Origin: an uncultured Erysipelothrix sp.
GTDB lineage: Bacteria; Bacillota_I; Bacilli_A; Erysipelotrichales; Erysipelotrichaceae
Length of the DNA stretch: 59,024 bases
NCBI GenBank assembly: GCA_965365985.1
Contig: CBDUDQ010000001.1
Location: 1 to 59,024 of the forward strand
Reading direction: 5' to 3'
Shown: piece after piece, positions 38,860 to 48,268 of the stretch
Layout of the letters: each line of letters starts with the position of its first letter
Position numbering within the stretch: the first letter of the stretch is position 1
Notes under the pieces: model-generated
The model's input: only the letters and a program-made list of their open reading frames with translations
What the model was told of the DNA's origin: nothing
Database searches by the model: none
Program-made: the position numbers and the translations under genes

Positions 38860-39226
38860 ATTGATTCACCGCATACATTGTGAAGGTACCTTTGTTGACA
38901 CATTTATCTTTATCATCAAAAATATCAACATTAATTACTGTAATTTTGTGCGTTCTAGAAATCACAGTGGCTTTTGCAACTAAATAACCTGACTTCACTG
39001 CTGACATATAATTTATGTTCGCATTTAAAGTAACATAAGAAATTCCATTTGATCTAGCTGCGATTCCTGCAGCACAATCGGCCAATGAAAAGTATAATCC
39101 GCCATGAGCATATTTATACATGTTCAATGATTTGGTATCAATATTTACTTTTGTTTCTGAATAATCAAGATTATCTACTAATACTTCTATGCCATTATGG
39201 GCCATAAACATGTTTTCTTGATTCAT
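38858..39226 (-). CDS. PaaI-family hot-dog fold thioesterase
   Basis: LN....AHGG..FSLAD.AAG, VT....INY; ATGA overlap with the upstream glycosyltransferase. Confidence 0.92.
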   Translation of the reverse strand: MNQENMFMAHNGIEVLVDNLDYSETKVNIDTKSLNMYKYAHGGLYFSLADCAAGIAARSNGISYVTLNANINYMSAVKSGYLVAKATVISRTHKITVINVDIFDDKDKCVNKGTFTMYAVNQ

Positions 39227-40323
39227 TCTAAATCCCCTTTGTTTTCATATAAATTACAAATAAACTTTACTTGAGATTCAATAGCATAACCAGCATCAGC
39301 AAGCTCTTGATTTCTACTGAATCGTTTGTAATTTTGTGTATCTTCAAATTTTTTAACCCATAAAGCGTTATTTCCTAAGGGCAATATATGTACTAAGTCT
39401 GTGATCTTAACATTTTTATCAACGGTGTCTGCACAAAGAATATTTATACCATTACATTGAGCCTCAACCAATACAAATGGCAAGCCTTCAAAATTTGATG
39501 GCAGTAAGAAATGATCAAACACAGATAACAGTGAAGGAATGTTATTTAAGACCCCTAAAAACTTCACCTTCTCCTTAAGACCTAATTTTATCACTTGTTC
39601 TTTTGTTTCCTCTAAAAGTTCACCATCTCCTACAAGCAGTAAAACTGAATTAGGAGTGTCTTTTTGTATTTGATTAAAAATTTCAATCAGTTCTAGATGG
39701 TTTTTTTGATAAACAAATCGACCTACATGACCAAATACTAATTCACCTTTGAGTCCCAAGTCTTTTTTTAGTGATATTCTAACTTTTTCGTTATACAAAT
39801 ATTTGTTTGTATCGATAGCATTTTTTATGATGACAAATGGCAATTCTCCATAAAGAAACTCTCCAGCAAGTTGTGAGCAAGAGAATAATTCTGTCGCATA
39901 TAACGGAATTTTTTTCTTAGCTCTTTCGCCTATCATAATTTTTAATTTACTGTTTGTGTAATGTTCACTTGCATGTGAGTGAGATATCCTGTGTTGTACA
40001 TCGAATTTCTTAGCTATTTCTAATAGGGGACCGTTCATCGCATTTAGATGAGAATGAACAACGTCATATTGCCCCTCTCTCATGATTTTCTCTAATGCCT
40101 GTTGGTTTTTTATTGGATTTTTACTTTTAATTGGAACAGAAAATAATTTACATCCCAAATCTTTAATTTCTTGGTCATATATACCTGGTTTGTCACCGTG
40201 GACGACCACATCAACTTCAAACTTATCATAATCTATATGATTCAGAAGATTCATGATAAAAGCTTCAGTACCACCACGCATCATACTGCCACCATGTACT
40301 TGTAATACTTTAGTTTTTTTCAT
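39223..40323 (-). CDS. Glycosyltransferase family 4 (EpsF-like)
   Basis: RGGTEAFIMN, YDVVHSH, ISHSH, GHVGRF..QKNH, PSNFEGLPFVLVEAQ. Start is either 40323 or 40332. Confidence 0.93.
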   Translation of the reverse strand: MKKTKVLQVHGGSMMRGGTEAFIMNLLNHIDYDKFEVDVVVHGDKPGIYDQEIKDLGCKLFSVPIKSKNPIKNQQALEKIMREGQYDVVHSHLNAMNGPLLEIAKKFDVQHRISHSHASEHYTNSKLKIMIGERAKKKIPLYATELFSCSQLAGEFLYGELPFVIIKNAIDTNKYLYNEKVRISLKKDLGLKGELVFGHVGRFVYQKNHLELIEIFNQIQKDTPNSVLLLVGDGELLEETKEQVIKLGLKEKVKFLGVLNNIPSLLSVFDHFLLPSNFEGLPFVLVEAQCNGINILCADTVDKNVKITDLVHILPLGNNALWVKKFEDTQNYKRFSRNQELADAGYAIESQVKFICNLYENKGDLE

Positions 40324-41494
40324 ATTTTTCATACACTTTCATATAATTGGCTATCATGATATCATTTGTAAATTTAAGTGCGTGATCTCGTAGATCTGCA
40401 GATTTTTTTAATTTCTTCTTCACTACAAGATCAATAGATTCTTTAAGAAGGTCGATGTCTCCAGATTTGACGACCATTCCAACTTTTTCATTGACCAATT
40501 CAGGTACTGCTGTTTTATCATAAACAACGACCGGTGTTCCGCAAGCCAATGATTCAATTGTAGTCAGTCCCATTGTTTCCTCATAAGATAGATTCAAGTA
40601 CACATCCGCATTAGAATAATAATTTACCAATTCTTCAACATTACTGGTTCGCTCTATTCCAATAATGCCTTTAGGCATGTCCTCTACTTGCTTAGATGAC
40701 AAGCCAATAAGGGTTATCTCATATCGATCATCTAATATACTTCTTAACAAAACAAAATCTTCCAGTCCTTTTCGTTTTTCCCAAATGTTTGCGACACCAA
40801 GTATCTGAATTTTCTCTTGGTGATTTGTTTGTTCAGTGGGTTTGAAGGTGTTTTCTTTGATTCCATTATATATGGTGTCTATTGAATGTTTATTCATGAA
40901 AGTTGTATGGGTCAATTCATTAAGCCAATTAGAGACTGTAATAATTTTAAGATGATTCGAAGAAGAAAAAAGTTCTTTTTTCCATTTAAAGTTTTGTTTT
41001 TGATGTAAACCGAACTGATTATACGGATACTCATGAGTATCTTTGCATACGACACAGCCTTTGTTCCATATATCACAACCCGAATAATCAAAATATGCAC
41101 TGCTCCCACTGAAAGACCAGCAATCATGTAAAGTCCACATTAATTCGATATCTGTACTATTTAAATATTTAAATAACATTTTAACATTCAAATAGTAACC
41201 GTGAAGATTGTGTAAATGTATGACATCTGGTTTACTTTTTTTAATATATTCAATGAGTTTTTTTGTTTGAATCGAAGAATGGAGTCCATGTCTTCCAAGC
41301 ATTCTTGACATGGCATAATGAATTGCAAAGCCAAATTGATTACCAAAGTAAAAACTCGAATCGTCTGCAATTTTGTTTCTTCCATACGCCACACTTACTT
41401 CGTGTCCTCTTTTAATTAATCCATCAGAAAGATCACGGACAATTTTGCCCGTGCTCCCATAATCAATAACTGAATTAATAAAGAGTACTTTCAT
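40310..41494 (-). CDS. Glycosyltransferase family 4 (WcaC-like)
   Basis: MKVLFINSV...GSTGKI, PDVIHLHNLHG, WTLHDCW, EETMGLTTIESLACGTP. Start is either 41494 or 41506. Confidence 0.92.
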   Translation of the reverse strand: MKVLFINSVIDYGSTGKIVRDLSDGLIKRGHEVSVAYGRNKIADDSSFYFGNQFGFAIHYAMSRMLGRHGLHSSIQTKKLIEYIKKSKPDVIHLHNLHGYYLNVKMLFKYLNSTDIELMWTLHDCWSFSGSSAYFDYSGCDIWNKGCVVCKDTHEYPYNQFGLHQKQNFKWKKELFSSSNHLKIITVSNWLNELTHTTFMNKHSIDTIYNGIKENTFKPTEQTNHQEKIQILGVANIWEKRKGLEDFVLLRSILDDRYEITLIGLSSKQVEDMPKGIIGIERTSNVEELVNYYSNADVYLNLSYEETMGLTTIESLACGTPVVVYDKTAVPELVNEKVGMVVKSGDIDLLKESIDLVVKKKLKKSADLRDHALKFTNDIMIANYMKVYEKYEKN

Positions 41495-42618
41495 TATTTT
41501 TTCCAAACATTTCTGTTGATATAATCTGTATAAGATAAGATAATTCTCAAGACTTTTTCAGAAACGTTTGGCATAGAGTAGTCAGAAACTTCTCTTAATG
41601 TATCTGGTTTTTGAGTTTCTAGTATAGCAAGTGCCTGCATGATGCGTTCTTTTTCAAGTCCTACCATCATTACACTGGCTTCTTCCATTGCTTCAGGTCT
41701 TTCATGTGCTTCTCGAAGATTGACTGCATTGAATTTCAAGATTGATGATTCTTCACTGATGGTACCACTATCGCTCAGTGTTGCTTTAGAGTGCATTTGA
41801 AGTTTAACATAATCATTAAATCCAAGTGGTTTTAATATTTCGACACGGTCATCAAAAGTAACATTTTTCTCTTTAATCATATTTAATGTTCTAGGGTGTG
41901 TGCTGACAATGACACGCATGTCGTAAACTCGAGCAATTTCATTCAGTGATTCTACGAGATTTAAAAAGTTTCTTTCTGAGTTGATGTTTTCATCTCGGTG
42001 AGCTGAAACAACGAAATATTCTGACTCTTTTAAATTCATACGACTTAGAATATCGTTATTGGCTAAATCTTCTTTTCTAGATTCAATTACTTCATACATT
42101 GGACTGCCTGTTTTGATTATGCGGTCTGCACTGAGACCCTCACGCAATAGGTATTCTCTTGCAATGTCAGAATAAGTTAAGTTAATGTCTGAGATGTGAT
42201 CAACTATTTTTCGATTGGTTTCTTCAGGTACTCTTTGGTCAAAACATCTGTTCCCTGCTTCCATATGGAAGATAGGAATTTGCATACGTTTTGCGGCAAT
42301 AGCACATAAGCATGAGTTTGTGTCACCCAATACTAGAAACGCATCGGGTTTCACTTCATTTAGAACTGGTTCGATTGCAATTAAAATATTACCAATAGTA
42401 CCAATTGGTGCACCTGTTGCTGTGTTTAAAAAATAATCCGGTTTTTTTAGTTTGAAATCATTGAAGAAAATTTCATTGAGTTCATAATCGTAGTTTTGCC
42501 CAGTATGGACTAAAATATGTTCTATGGCTTCCGATTCCTCTAATATATTAATTACTGCTGACAAACGAATTATTTCCGGTCTTGTCCCCACTACTGTCAT
42601 CACTTTTAATTTTTTCAT
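41494..42618 (-). CDS. fnlC: UDP-2-acetamido-2,6-dideoxy-L-talose 2-epimerase (FnlC/CapG/WbjD type)
   Basis: VGTRPEIIRLS, HTGQNYDYELN, HMEAGNRCFDQRVPEE, SDSGT; clustered with fnlAB. Confidence 0.9.
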   Translation of the reverse strand: MKKLKVMTVVGTRPEIIRLSAVINILEESEAIEHILVHTGQNYDYELNEIFFNDFKLKKPDYFLNTATGAPIGTIGNILIAIEPVLNEVKPDAFLVLGDTNSCLCAIAAKRMQIPIFHMEAGNRCFDQRVPEETNRKIVDHISDINLTYSDIAREYLLREGLSADRIIKTGSPMYEVIESRKEDLANNDILSRMNLKESEYFVVSAHRDENINSERNFLNLVESLNEIARVYDMRVIVSTHPRTLNMIKEKNVTFDDRVEILKPLGFNDYVKLQMHSKATLSDSGTISEESSILKFNAVNLREAHERPEAMEEASVMMVGLEKERIMQALAILETQKPDTLREVSDYSMPNVSEKVLRIILSYTDYINRNVWKK

Positions 42619-42643
42619 GATATGCTCCTTAGTTTATTAATAT

Positions 42644-43447
42644 TTAGTGTGTTGAAACTCTTTCTTCAACGGGTGGTGGTGTCATATAATCACCATAAAA
42701 CTGTGTTAAATATGCATCATAATGTTTCAATACTGGAAACTCTCTATCTTCAAATTGCTTATTAACAAGACCCTCAAACACTTCTTTATCATGTATGCTC
42801 TTACCATAAAATGGTGAGGGTCCTTCTGATAAATTAGCGATTCTTTGTGTCTCTTGATTATTATATTGAGTCATTAATCGATGTCTTTTTTTAATGACAT
42901 AGGGAGAAATAAAGTCAATTCTATGAAAGAACAGATTAAAAAATTCGACACTTTTCTTTGCCAATTTTTTAATACCTTTATCGTTAGGCCCTGCAACGAC
43001 GAAATTCAAATATTTAATAATCTTGTTGTAAACATCAATTTGTTTTATTTGTTTTCTTCCTGCTTCTTCACCATCGACCAGATTGTCGAAAGGATAAAGA
43101 TCGATCCAAATACCTTGATGAATTCGTCGATTTTTAGTGTAGTCTTGAACAAATTCATGATCGTGACTTCTAAGTTTAGCAAATTCTAAGATGTATTCTC
43201 GTTCTTTTTCATGTGTTTGATAAAAGAAATGATCGTGATTTAAATGTTTTTCGACAACGCTTGCGAAACGATCATAATCAGCACGTTTCATTGCAATATC
43301 AATGTCATCATCCCAAGGAATGAATCCTTGGTGTCTTATGGCGCCTAATAATGTGCCATCAATGAGACTGTAGTCGATATCTTCTAATTTACAAATACGA
43401 TCAAACTCAATTAATATTTGATATAAATTTTCTTGATCTTGTTTCAT
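42644..43447 (-). CDS. licD: LicD-family phospho-alcohol transferase
   Basis: GTLLGAIRHQGFIPWDDDIDIAM.R.DY, WIDLYPFD, YL...YGDYMTPPP. Confidence 0.93.
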   Translation of the reverse strand: MKQDQENLYQILIEFDRICKLEDIDYSLIDGTLLGAIRHQGFIPWDDDIDIAMKRADYDRFASVVEKHLNHDHFFYQTHEKEREYILEFAKLRSHDHEFVQDYTKNRRIHQGIWIDLYPFDNLVDGEEAGRKQIKQIDVYNKIIKYLNFVVAGPNDKGIKKLAKKSVEFFNLFFHRIDFISPYVIKKRHRLMTQYNNQETQRIANLSEGPSPFYGKSIHDKEVFEGLVNKQFEDREFPVLKHYDAYLTQFYGDYMTPPPVEERVSTH

Positions 43448-43457
43448 AGCTCCCTCG

Positions 43458-44567
43458 CTAAACTTCTAAAGCATGTGTGTCAGGTATATTTGGATTAAAA
43501 ACTTCATTGACCCACATAACTGTAATTAAATCTTCGGTTCCAGTATTGATGATATTATGAGTATATCCAGTTGGAATATCAACTACTTGCAATTTTTTTC
43601 CACTGACTTTATATTCAATAATTTCATTAGAAAATATCTCTCTAAATTGAATGAGTCCTTCACCACTTACAACTAAGAACTTTTCATTTTTAGAATGATG
43701 CCAATGTTGACCTTTGGTGATACCTGGTTTAGAAATGTTTACACTTACTTGACCACGATCTTCTGATTTTAAGAATTCTGTGAAACTGCCTCTGTCATCA
43801 ACATTCATTTTTAAGTCATAAGAAAAATCTTCTGCAGGTAAAAATGAAAGATAAGTGCTATAGAGCTTAGAAACGAAGGGTTTACTCATATCAGGAACAA
43901 AAAGCGATTTTCTGGATTCTTTGAAAGAAGTGAGTAAATCAGCGATTTCGCCCAAATTAACGTCATACGATACGGGTACAGTGTATAAGTCATCAGAAAC
44001 ACACGTTCCTTGCCCCTCAACAGCTTTAGTCAGTTCGTGACATACATCGTCGATGTACATTAAATTCAACTCATGGTCGCGATTGTTAACTTGTATTTCG
44101 ATGTTTCTAGAAATGTTATGACACCATGTAGCGATGACTGTATTGTAATTGGGTTGTGACCATTTACCGAACAAGTTCGAGAATCTGTATACATAAACTT
44201 TTGAATCATTTTCTTTAGCATGAGCTCTTAAAACATTTTCACCGGCTAGTTTGCTTTTGCCATAATCATTATCTAAGAGTGCTTGAATAGAACTCGAAAC
44301 GATAATGGGTGATTTGTTATTGTTTGATTGTAGTGCTTCTACTAAAGTTTCTGAGAGTCCCATGTTGCCAGTGTAAAATTCACTGACATTTTGGGGTCTG
44401 TTAATTCCGGCAAGATGAACTACAAAATCACAATCTTTTGTTAGATCATTTAATTCACTTAAATCATTTTCTCGATCAAATCTTAAAATTTCATGATTGG
44501 CATCTTTTAAGTGTTCAATTAAATTTCTTCCTAAGAACCCTTCACTTCCAGTAACTAATATTTTCAT
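43458..44567 (-). CDS. fnlB: UDP-L-FucNAc pathway reductase/epimerase (FnlB/CapF/WbjC)
   Basis: GSEGFLG, HLAGINRP, YGKSK, PNYN, cupin domain DDRGSFTEF...KGQHWHHSKNEKF. Confidence 0.94.
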   Translation of the reverse strand: MKILVTGSEGFLGRNLIEHLKDANHEILRFDRENDLSELNDLTKDCDFVVHLAGINRPQNVSEFYTGNMGLSETLVEALQSNNNKSPIIVSSSIQALLDNDYGKSKLAGENVLRAHAKENDSKVYVYRFSNLFGKWSQPNYNTVIATWCHNISRNIEIQVNNRDHELNLMYIDDVCHELTKAVEGQGTCVSDDLYTVPVSYDVNLGEIADLLTSFKESRKSLFVPDMSKPFVSKLYSTYLSFLPAEDFSYDLKMNVDDRGSFTEFLKSEDRGQVSVNISKPGITKGQHWHHSKNEKFLVVSGEGLIQFREIFSNEIIEYKVSGKKLQVVDIPTGYTHNIINTGTEDLITVMWVNEVFNPNIPDTHALEV

Positions 44568-45580
44568 TTTATAAATCCTTTCAACTCTTCTTTTATTTCA
44601 TATAAGTCTAATAATTTCTCTTTAATCTCATCAATACTCAGTTGGTAAGTGTTGTGTGAATTATACTCAATTTCGTGTTCTTCCTCTAAACCTTTAACAA
44701 AATATTTAGCATAATTTAAATCGCGATTATCAATCGGGACTTTGAAATATTCTCCAAGATCTTCCGCTTTGGCGTACTCTTCTTTAGTAAGTAAGGTTTC
44801 GTAAACTTTTTCACCGTGTCGTGTACCAATAATACGTTTGCCTGTTTTACTTTGAGTTATTTCTAGAATCGCGTCCGCTAAATCGCCAACTGTACTAGCT
44901 GGTGATTTTTGAACAAAAATATCTCCTGATTGTGCATGTTCGAATGCAAATAATACAAGTTCAACAGCTTCATCCAAACTCATCAAGAATCGTGTCATAT
45001 CAGGATTTGTTAAAGTTAATTCTTTACCTGCTTTGATTTGATCTAAGAACAATGGAATAACTGATCCGCGTGAAGCCATAACGTTTCCGTAACGTGTTCC
45101 ACAAATAACAGTTCCTGTATTTTCGGCCATTCTTGCTTTCGCAACGAATGTTTTTTCCATCATTGCTTTAGAAATTCCCATAGCATTAATTGGATAAGCT
45201 GCTTTGTCTGTTGATAAACAAACCACACGTTTTACCCCTGCATCTATGGCAGCTTCTAAAACATTGTCAGTACCTAAAACATTTGTTTTCACTGCTTCGA
45301 TTGGAAAGAACTCGCATGATGGCACTTGTTTAAGAGCAGCTGCGTGGAAAAGAAAGTCAACACCTCGCATAGCGTGTTTGAGTGAACTTGCATCTCTTAC
45401 ATCACCAATATAAAATTGAAGACGATCATCATTAAATTCCTTACGCATGTCATCTTGTTTTTTCTCATCTCTTGATAAGATTCTAATTTCTTTTAAACCT
45501 TCTTTAAGTAATCTTCTAACAACAGCATGACCAAATGAACCTGTACCGCCTGTAACTAATAATATTTTATCTTTAAACAT
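44564..45580 (-). CDS. fnlA: UDP-GlcNAc 4,6-dehydratase/5-epimerase (FnlA/CapE/WbjB)
   Basis: TGGTGSFG, SRDEKKQDDMR, HAAALKQVPSCEF, STDKAAYPINAMGISK, TRYGNVMASRGS. Confidence 0.95.
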   Translation of the reverse strand: MFKDKILLVTGGTGSFGHAVVRRLLKEGLKEIRILSRDEKKQDDMRKEFNDDRLQFYIGDVRDASSLKHAMRGVDFLFHAAALKQVPSCEFFPIEAVKTNVLGTDNVLEAAIDAGVKRVVCLSTDKAAYPINAMGISKAMMEKTFVAKARMAENTGTVICGTRYGNVMASRGSVIPLFLDQIKAGKELTLTNPDMTRFLMSLDEAVELVLFAFEHAQSGDIFVQKSPASTVGDLADAILEITQSKTGKRIIGTRHGEKVYETLLTKEEYAKAEDLGEYFKVPIDNRDLNYAKYFVKGLEEEHEIEYNSHNTYQLSIDEIKEKLLDLYEIKEELKGFIK

Positions 45581-46802
45581 GTTTTTCTCTCTTTTCTAGA
45601 TGGTTTAATATTGTTTCTTTTGCAATACCAACCTCATAATTTTTGATTAAGAAATTGCGGGCATTTGAGCCCATTTTATTTCTCATTACCTTATCATCTC
45701 TTAACGCTTCGACTTTGTCAGTCCAATCCTTTGCATTTTTACTTAATACTGAAAAACCAAAAAGATTGTTTTTTGCAATTTCCCCTATATCTGTATTGGG
45801 ATCGGTTGCACACAAGACTGGTTTTGATGCATCCATGTAGGATAAGAGTCTTTGTGGAAAATTTGGAATCGTAAATCGATAATCTAGGAATATAAGGCCA
45901 ACATCACAAATTGAGGTCAAGTCTTGATATTCTTCAACCGGTAATGAGCCAAGATAAATTGTGTTGGTGATTTTATGTTCATTCATAAAATCAATTAAGT
46001 TATCTGTTTCAGCTCCCCCGCCGCATATGGCCAGTTGGACTCCTGATATTTGCTCTAACTTGAGTATGCATTTCTTTATGAAATCAATCCCTTGAGGTTT
46101 TCCCAAATTACCTCCATATAGCATAAGCATTTTGTCTTGTGCCAGTCCAAATGATTCTTTATTTCTAGTAGAAATTTGATTATCGGGACGAACTTTGATG
46201 GAATTTGCCAACACTTCTACTTTATTAACCGTATCAGGGTGATGCCTTGTTATAAATTCAAGATTAGCAGGTGACATTACACCGATGTAATCTGAAAGTT
46301 GATATACCTTCTTTTCCTTATTCTTAAATAATTTTGCAATGAATCCGTTGGGTCTCATAAGACCCAAATCAAACGCATTCTGAGGAAATATATCTTTGAG
46401 CATCAAGTATGTAAACGTGTTTTTTTCTTTAAAATATTGTATTGTTTTAACAAAAGTAATCGGAGGAGTCGAGTAGAGAACCATATCAAATTTTATATGA
46501 GATAAATGTTTTTTTATGGCTTTTAAATATAGTCCGTCGATGGTTAACGTAGCGATCCCTTTACTAACAAGATTTTTATTTTTAGATATGTTGCCAATTT
46601 TTATTCCTAAATAATGAATATCATCCTGAAGATAAAACTTTGATTCTTCATCGAATCTTTTTTCTAATGCATAAGCACAATAAACTTCATTCTCAGCTTC
46701 CAATAAGGAATGCATCAAATCAAAGTAAATACTCGATGAGTGCATACCACTCGCAGTGGAGCTAATATATAATATTTTTTTCTTTTGATTAGTCTTCATC
46801 AT
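45573..46802 (-). CDS. Glycosyltransferase family 4, probable L-FucNAc transferase (WbuB/WbjE-like)
   Basis: YSTPPITF, KDIFPQNA.DLG, YGGNLGKPQG, FTIPNFP.RLLSY; directly upstream of fnlA. Confidence 0.85.
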   Translation of the reverse strand: MMKTNQKKKILYISSTASGMHSSSIYFDLMHSLLEAENEVYCAYALEKRFDEESKFYLQDDIHYLGIKIGNISKNKNLVSKGIATLTIDGLYLKAIKKHLSHIKFDMVLYSTPPITFVKTIQYFKEKNTFTYLMLKDIFPQNAFDLGLMRPNGFIAKLFKNKEKKVYQLSDYIGVMSPANLEFITRHHPDTVNKVEVLANSIKVRPDNQISTRNKESFGLAQDKMLMLYGGNLGKPQGIDFIKKCILKLEQISGVQLAICGGGAETDNLIDFMNEHKITNTIYLGSLPVEEYQDLTSICDVGLIFLDYRFTIPNFPQRLLSYMDASKPVLCATDPNTDIGEIAKNNLFGFSVLSKNAKDWTDKVEALRDDKVMRNKMGSNARNFLIKNYEVGIAKETILNHLEKREKHV

Positions 46803-48120
46803 CTTGGAACCCCTCAGTACTGTCCTTCTTAAAGAAAACTATAATAGTTTGCAACATCAACTTAATATCATTGAGGATTGAAAAGTTTTCAATATATTGA
46901 ATATCCAAGAGTAATTTGCTTTTTGAATCCGTATTATATTTACCGAAAATTTGTGCATAACCAGTAAGACCAGCTTTGGCTTTGAGTCTATATTTGAATT
47001 CAGGCAAACGTTCTGTGATTTCTTTATTGAGTGCGACACTTTCTGGACGCGGTCCTACAATACTCATATCTCCCAAAAATATATTAAAAAGTTGTGGGAG
47101 TTCATCAACTCTAAATCTTCTTAGATTGTGACCAATATGCGTTATTCGAGTATCACCTACGCAAGCAGGTCTATCGCCACTGTTTTCTTTCATACTTCTA
47201 AATTTAACAATTTTGAAAACGCTGCCTTCGATGCTAACCCGTTCTTGAGTGAAGAACACTTCCCCGCCATCATCTAGTTTGATGAGAATGGCCACCAATA
47301 TAAACACTGGAGAAAGAACTATGATTGCAAATGCTGATAAAATCATATCTAACAATCTTTTAAATAATGCTTGTCCGACACTTACTTTTATCGGTGAATA
47401 TTCATACATAAGAACATCATCTATAACGAAGGGAGATTTTGAACCAAGAAACACATTATGAATTTCTGTATTATACATTAAATGGATGTTATTGATATAA
47501 CAAAGTTCAAGGATATAAGCCAACTCTTCTGAGCTCAGATTTAATGCGACGATTTTAGTAATTTTGTTAAAATTAACATCAACTAAATTTGGATCATCCA
47601 CTACATTTACCAATTCATATTGTTTTCGGTGTTTTTTTATAAAGTGAACAATCTTTTTTAAATATTCCGAATCACGATGTAAGATAATTGTCTTCTCAGG
47701 TTTATGTAGTTTAAAGAATAAGTCATTCCCAATGTATGTTCCAAAGTAAATTACAAGAGCCTGCATGACAATTACAGCAAAAAGAATCAACAAGTCGACA
47801 CTAAAAAGGTTTGCATCGTGCACACCCATAATTTTTAAAACAATTAAAACAAGCACATCTGTAATAATTGCATTAATTAAAGTAGAGAAGACTACTGGTT
47901 TTGATTTTTTAATACCTATTTCAAAGTTTCCGTAAACTTGGTTTAAAAGCATGGTTCCCATTACGTATGCTGATGTTGTAATAATCAAAGTTCGAGTGAG
48001 ACTGGTAAGTCCTTGATACCTCAAAGAATAAGCTCCCATAAATATCAAATAAAGTGCAATGTAAAATGTAATTTTATAAAAATATATAATCGTGTTTTTA
48101 TATTTTAGTTTTAAGTTCAT
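46789..48120 (-). CDS. Initiating polyprenyl-phosphate sugar-1-phosphate transferase
   Basis: Four N-terminal TM segments; KRLLD, FKIVKFRSM, DELPQLFNI..GDMSIVGPRPE, KAGLTGYAQ. Confidence 0.94.
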   Translation of the reverse strand: MNLKLKYKNTIIYFYKITFYIALYLIFMGAYSLRYQGLTSLTRTLIITTSAYVMGTMLLNQVYGNFEIGIKKSKPVVFSTLINAIITDVLVLIVLKIMGVHDANLFSVDLLILFAVIVMQALVIYFGTYIGNDLFFKLHKPEKTIILHRDSEYLKKIVHFIKKHRKQYELVNVVDDPNLVDVNFNKITKIVALNLSSEELAYILELCYINNIHLMYNTEIHNVFLGSKSPFVIDDVLMYEYSPIKVSVGQALFKRLLDMILSAFAIIVLSPVFILVAILIKLDDGGEVFFTQERVSIEGSVFKIVKFRSMKENSGDRPACVGDTRITHIGHNLRRFRVDELPQLFNIFLGDMSIVGPRPESVALNKEITERLPEFKYRLKAKAGLTGYAQIFGKYNTDSKSKLLLDIQYIENFSILNDIKLMLQTIIVFFKKDSTEGFQDDED

Positions 48121-48161
48121 AAGTACCTCTTTGTTTCAATTCATTAATTCATAATACGAAA

Positions 48162-48170
48162 ATTATAGCA
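48162..48170 (-). promoter_or_regulatory. Extended -10 promoter of the polysaccharide operon
   Basis: TG-c-TATAAT on the minus strand about 40 bp before the ATG, downstream of the LCP terminator. Confidence 0.6.
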
Positions 48171-48226
48171 TATTTACAGTCTAAAGTATACTCAAGAAAG
48201 TAGCGTATAAGCGATCATAAGTCATT

Positions 48227-48260
48227 AAAAAAGGACCTTTAATCTTAGAAAGGTCCTTTT
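48227..48260 (-). terminator. Intrinsic terminator after the LCP gene
   Basis: aaaaggaccttt-aatcttag-aaaggtcctttt inverted repeat. Confidence 0.85.
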
Positions 48261-48268
48261 AATTTTTA

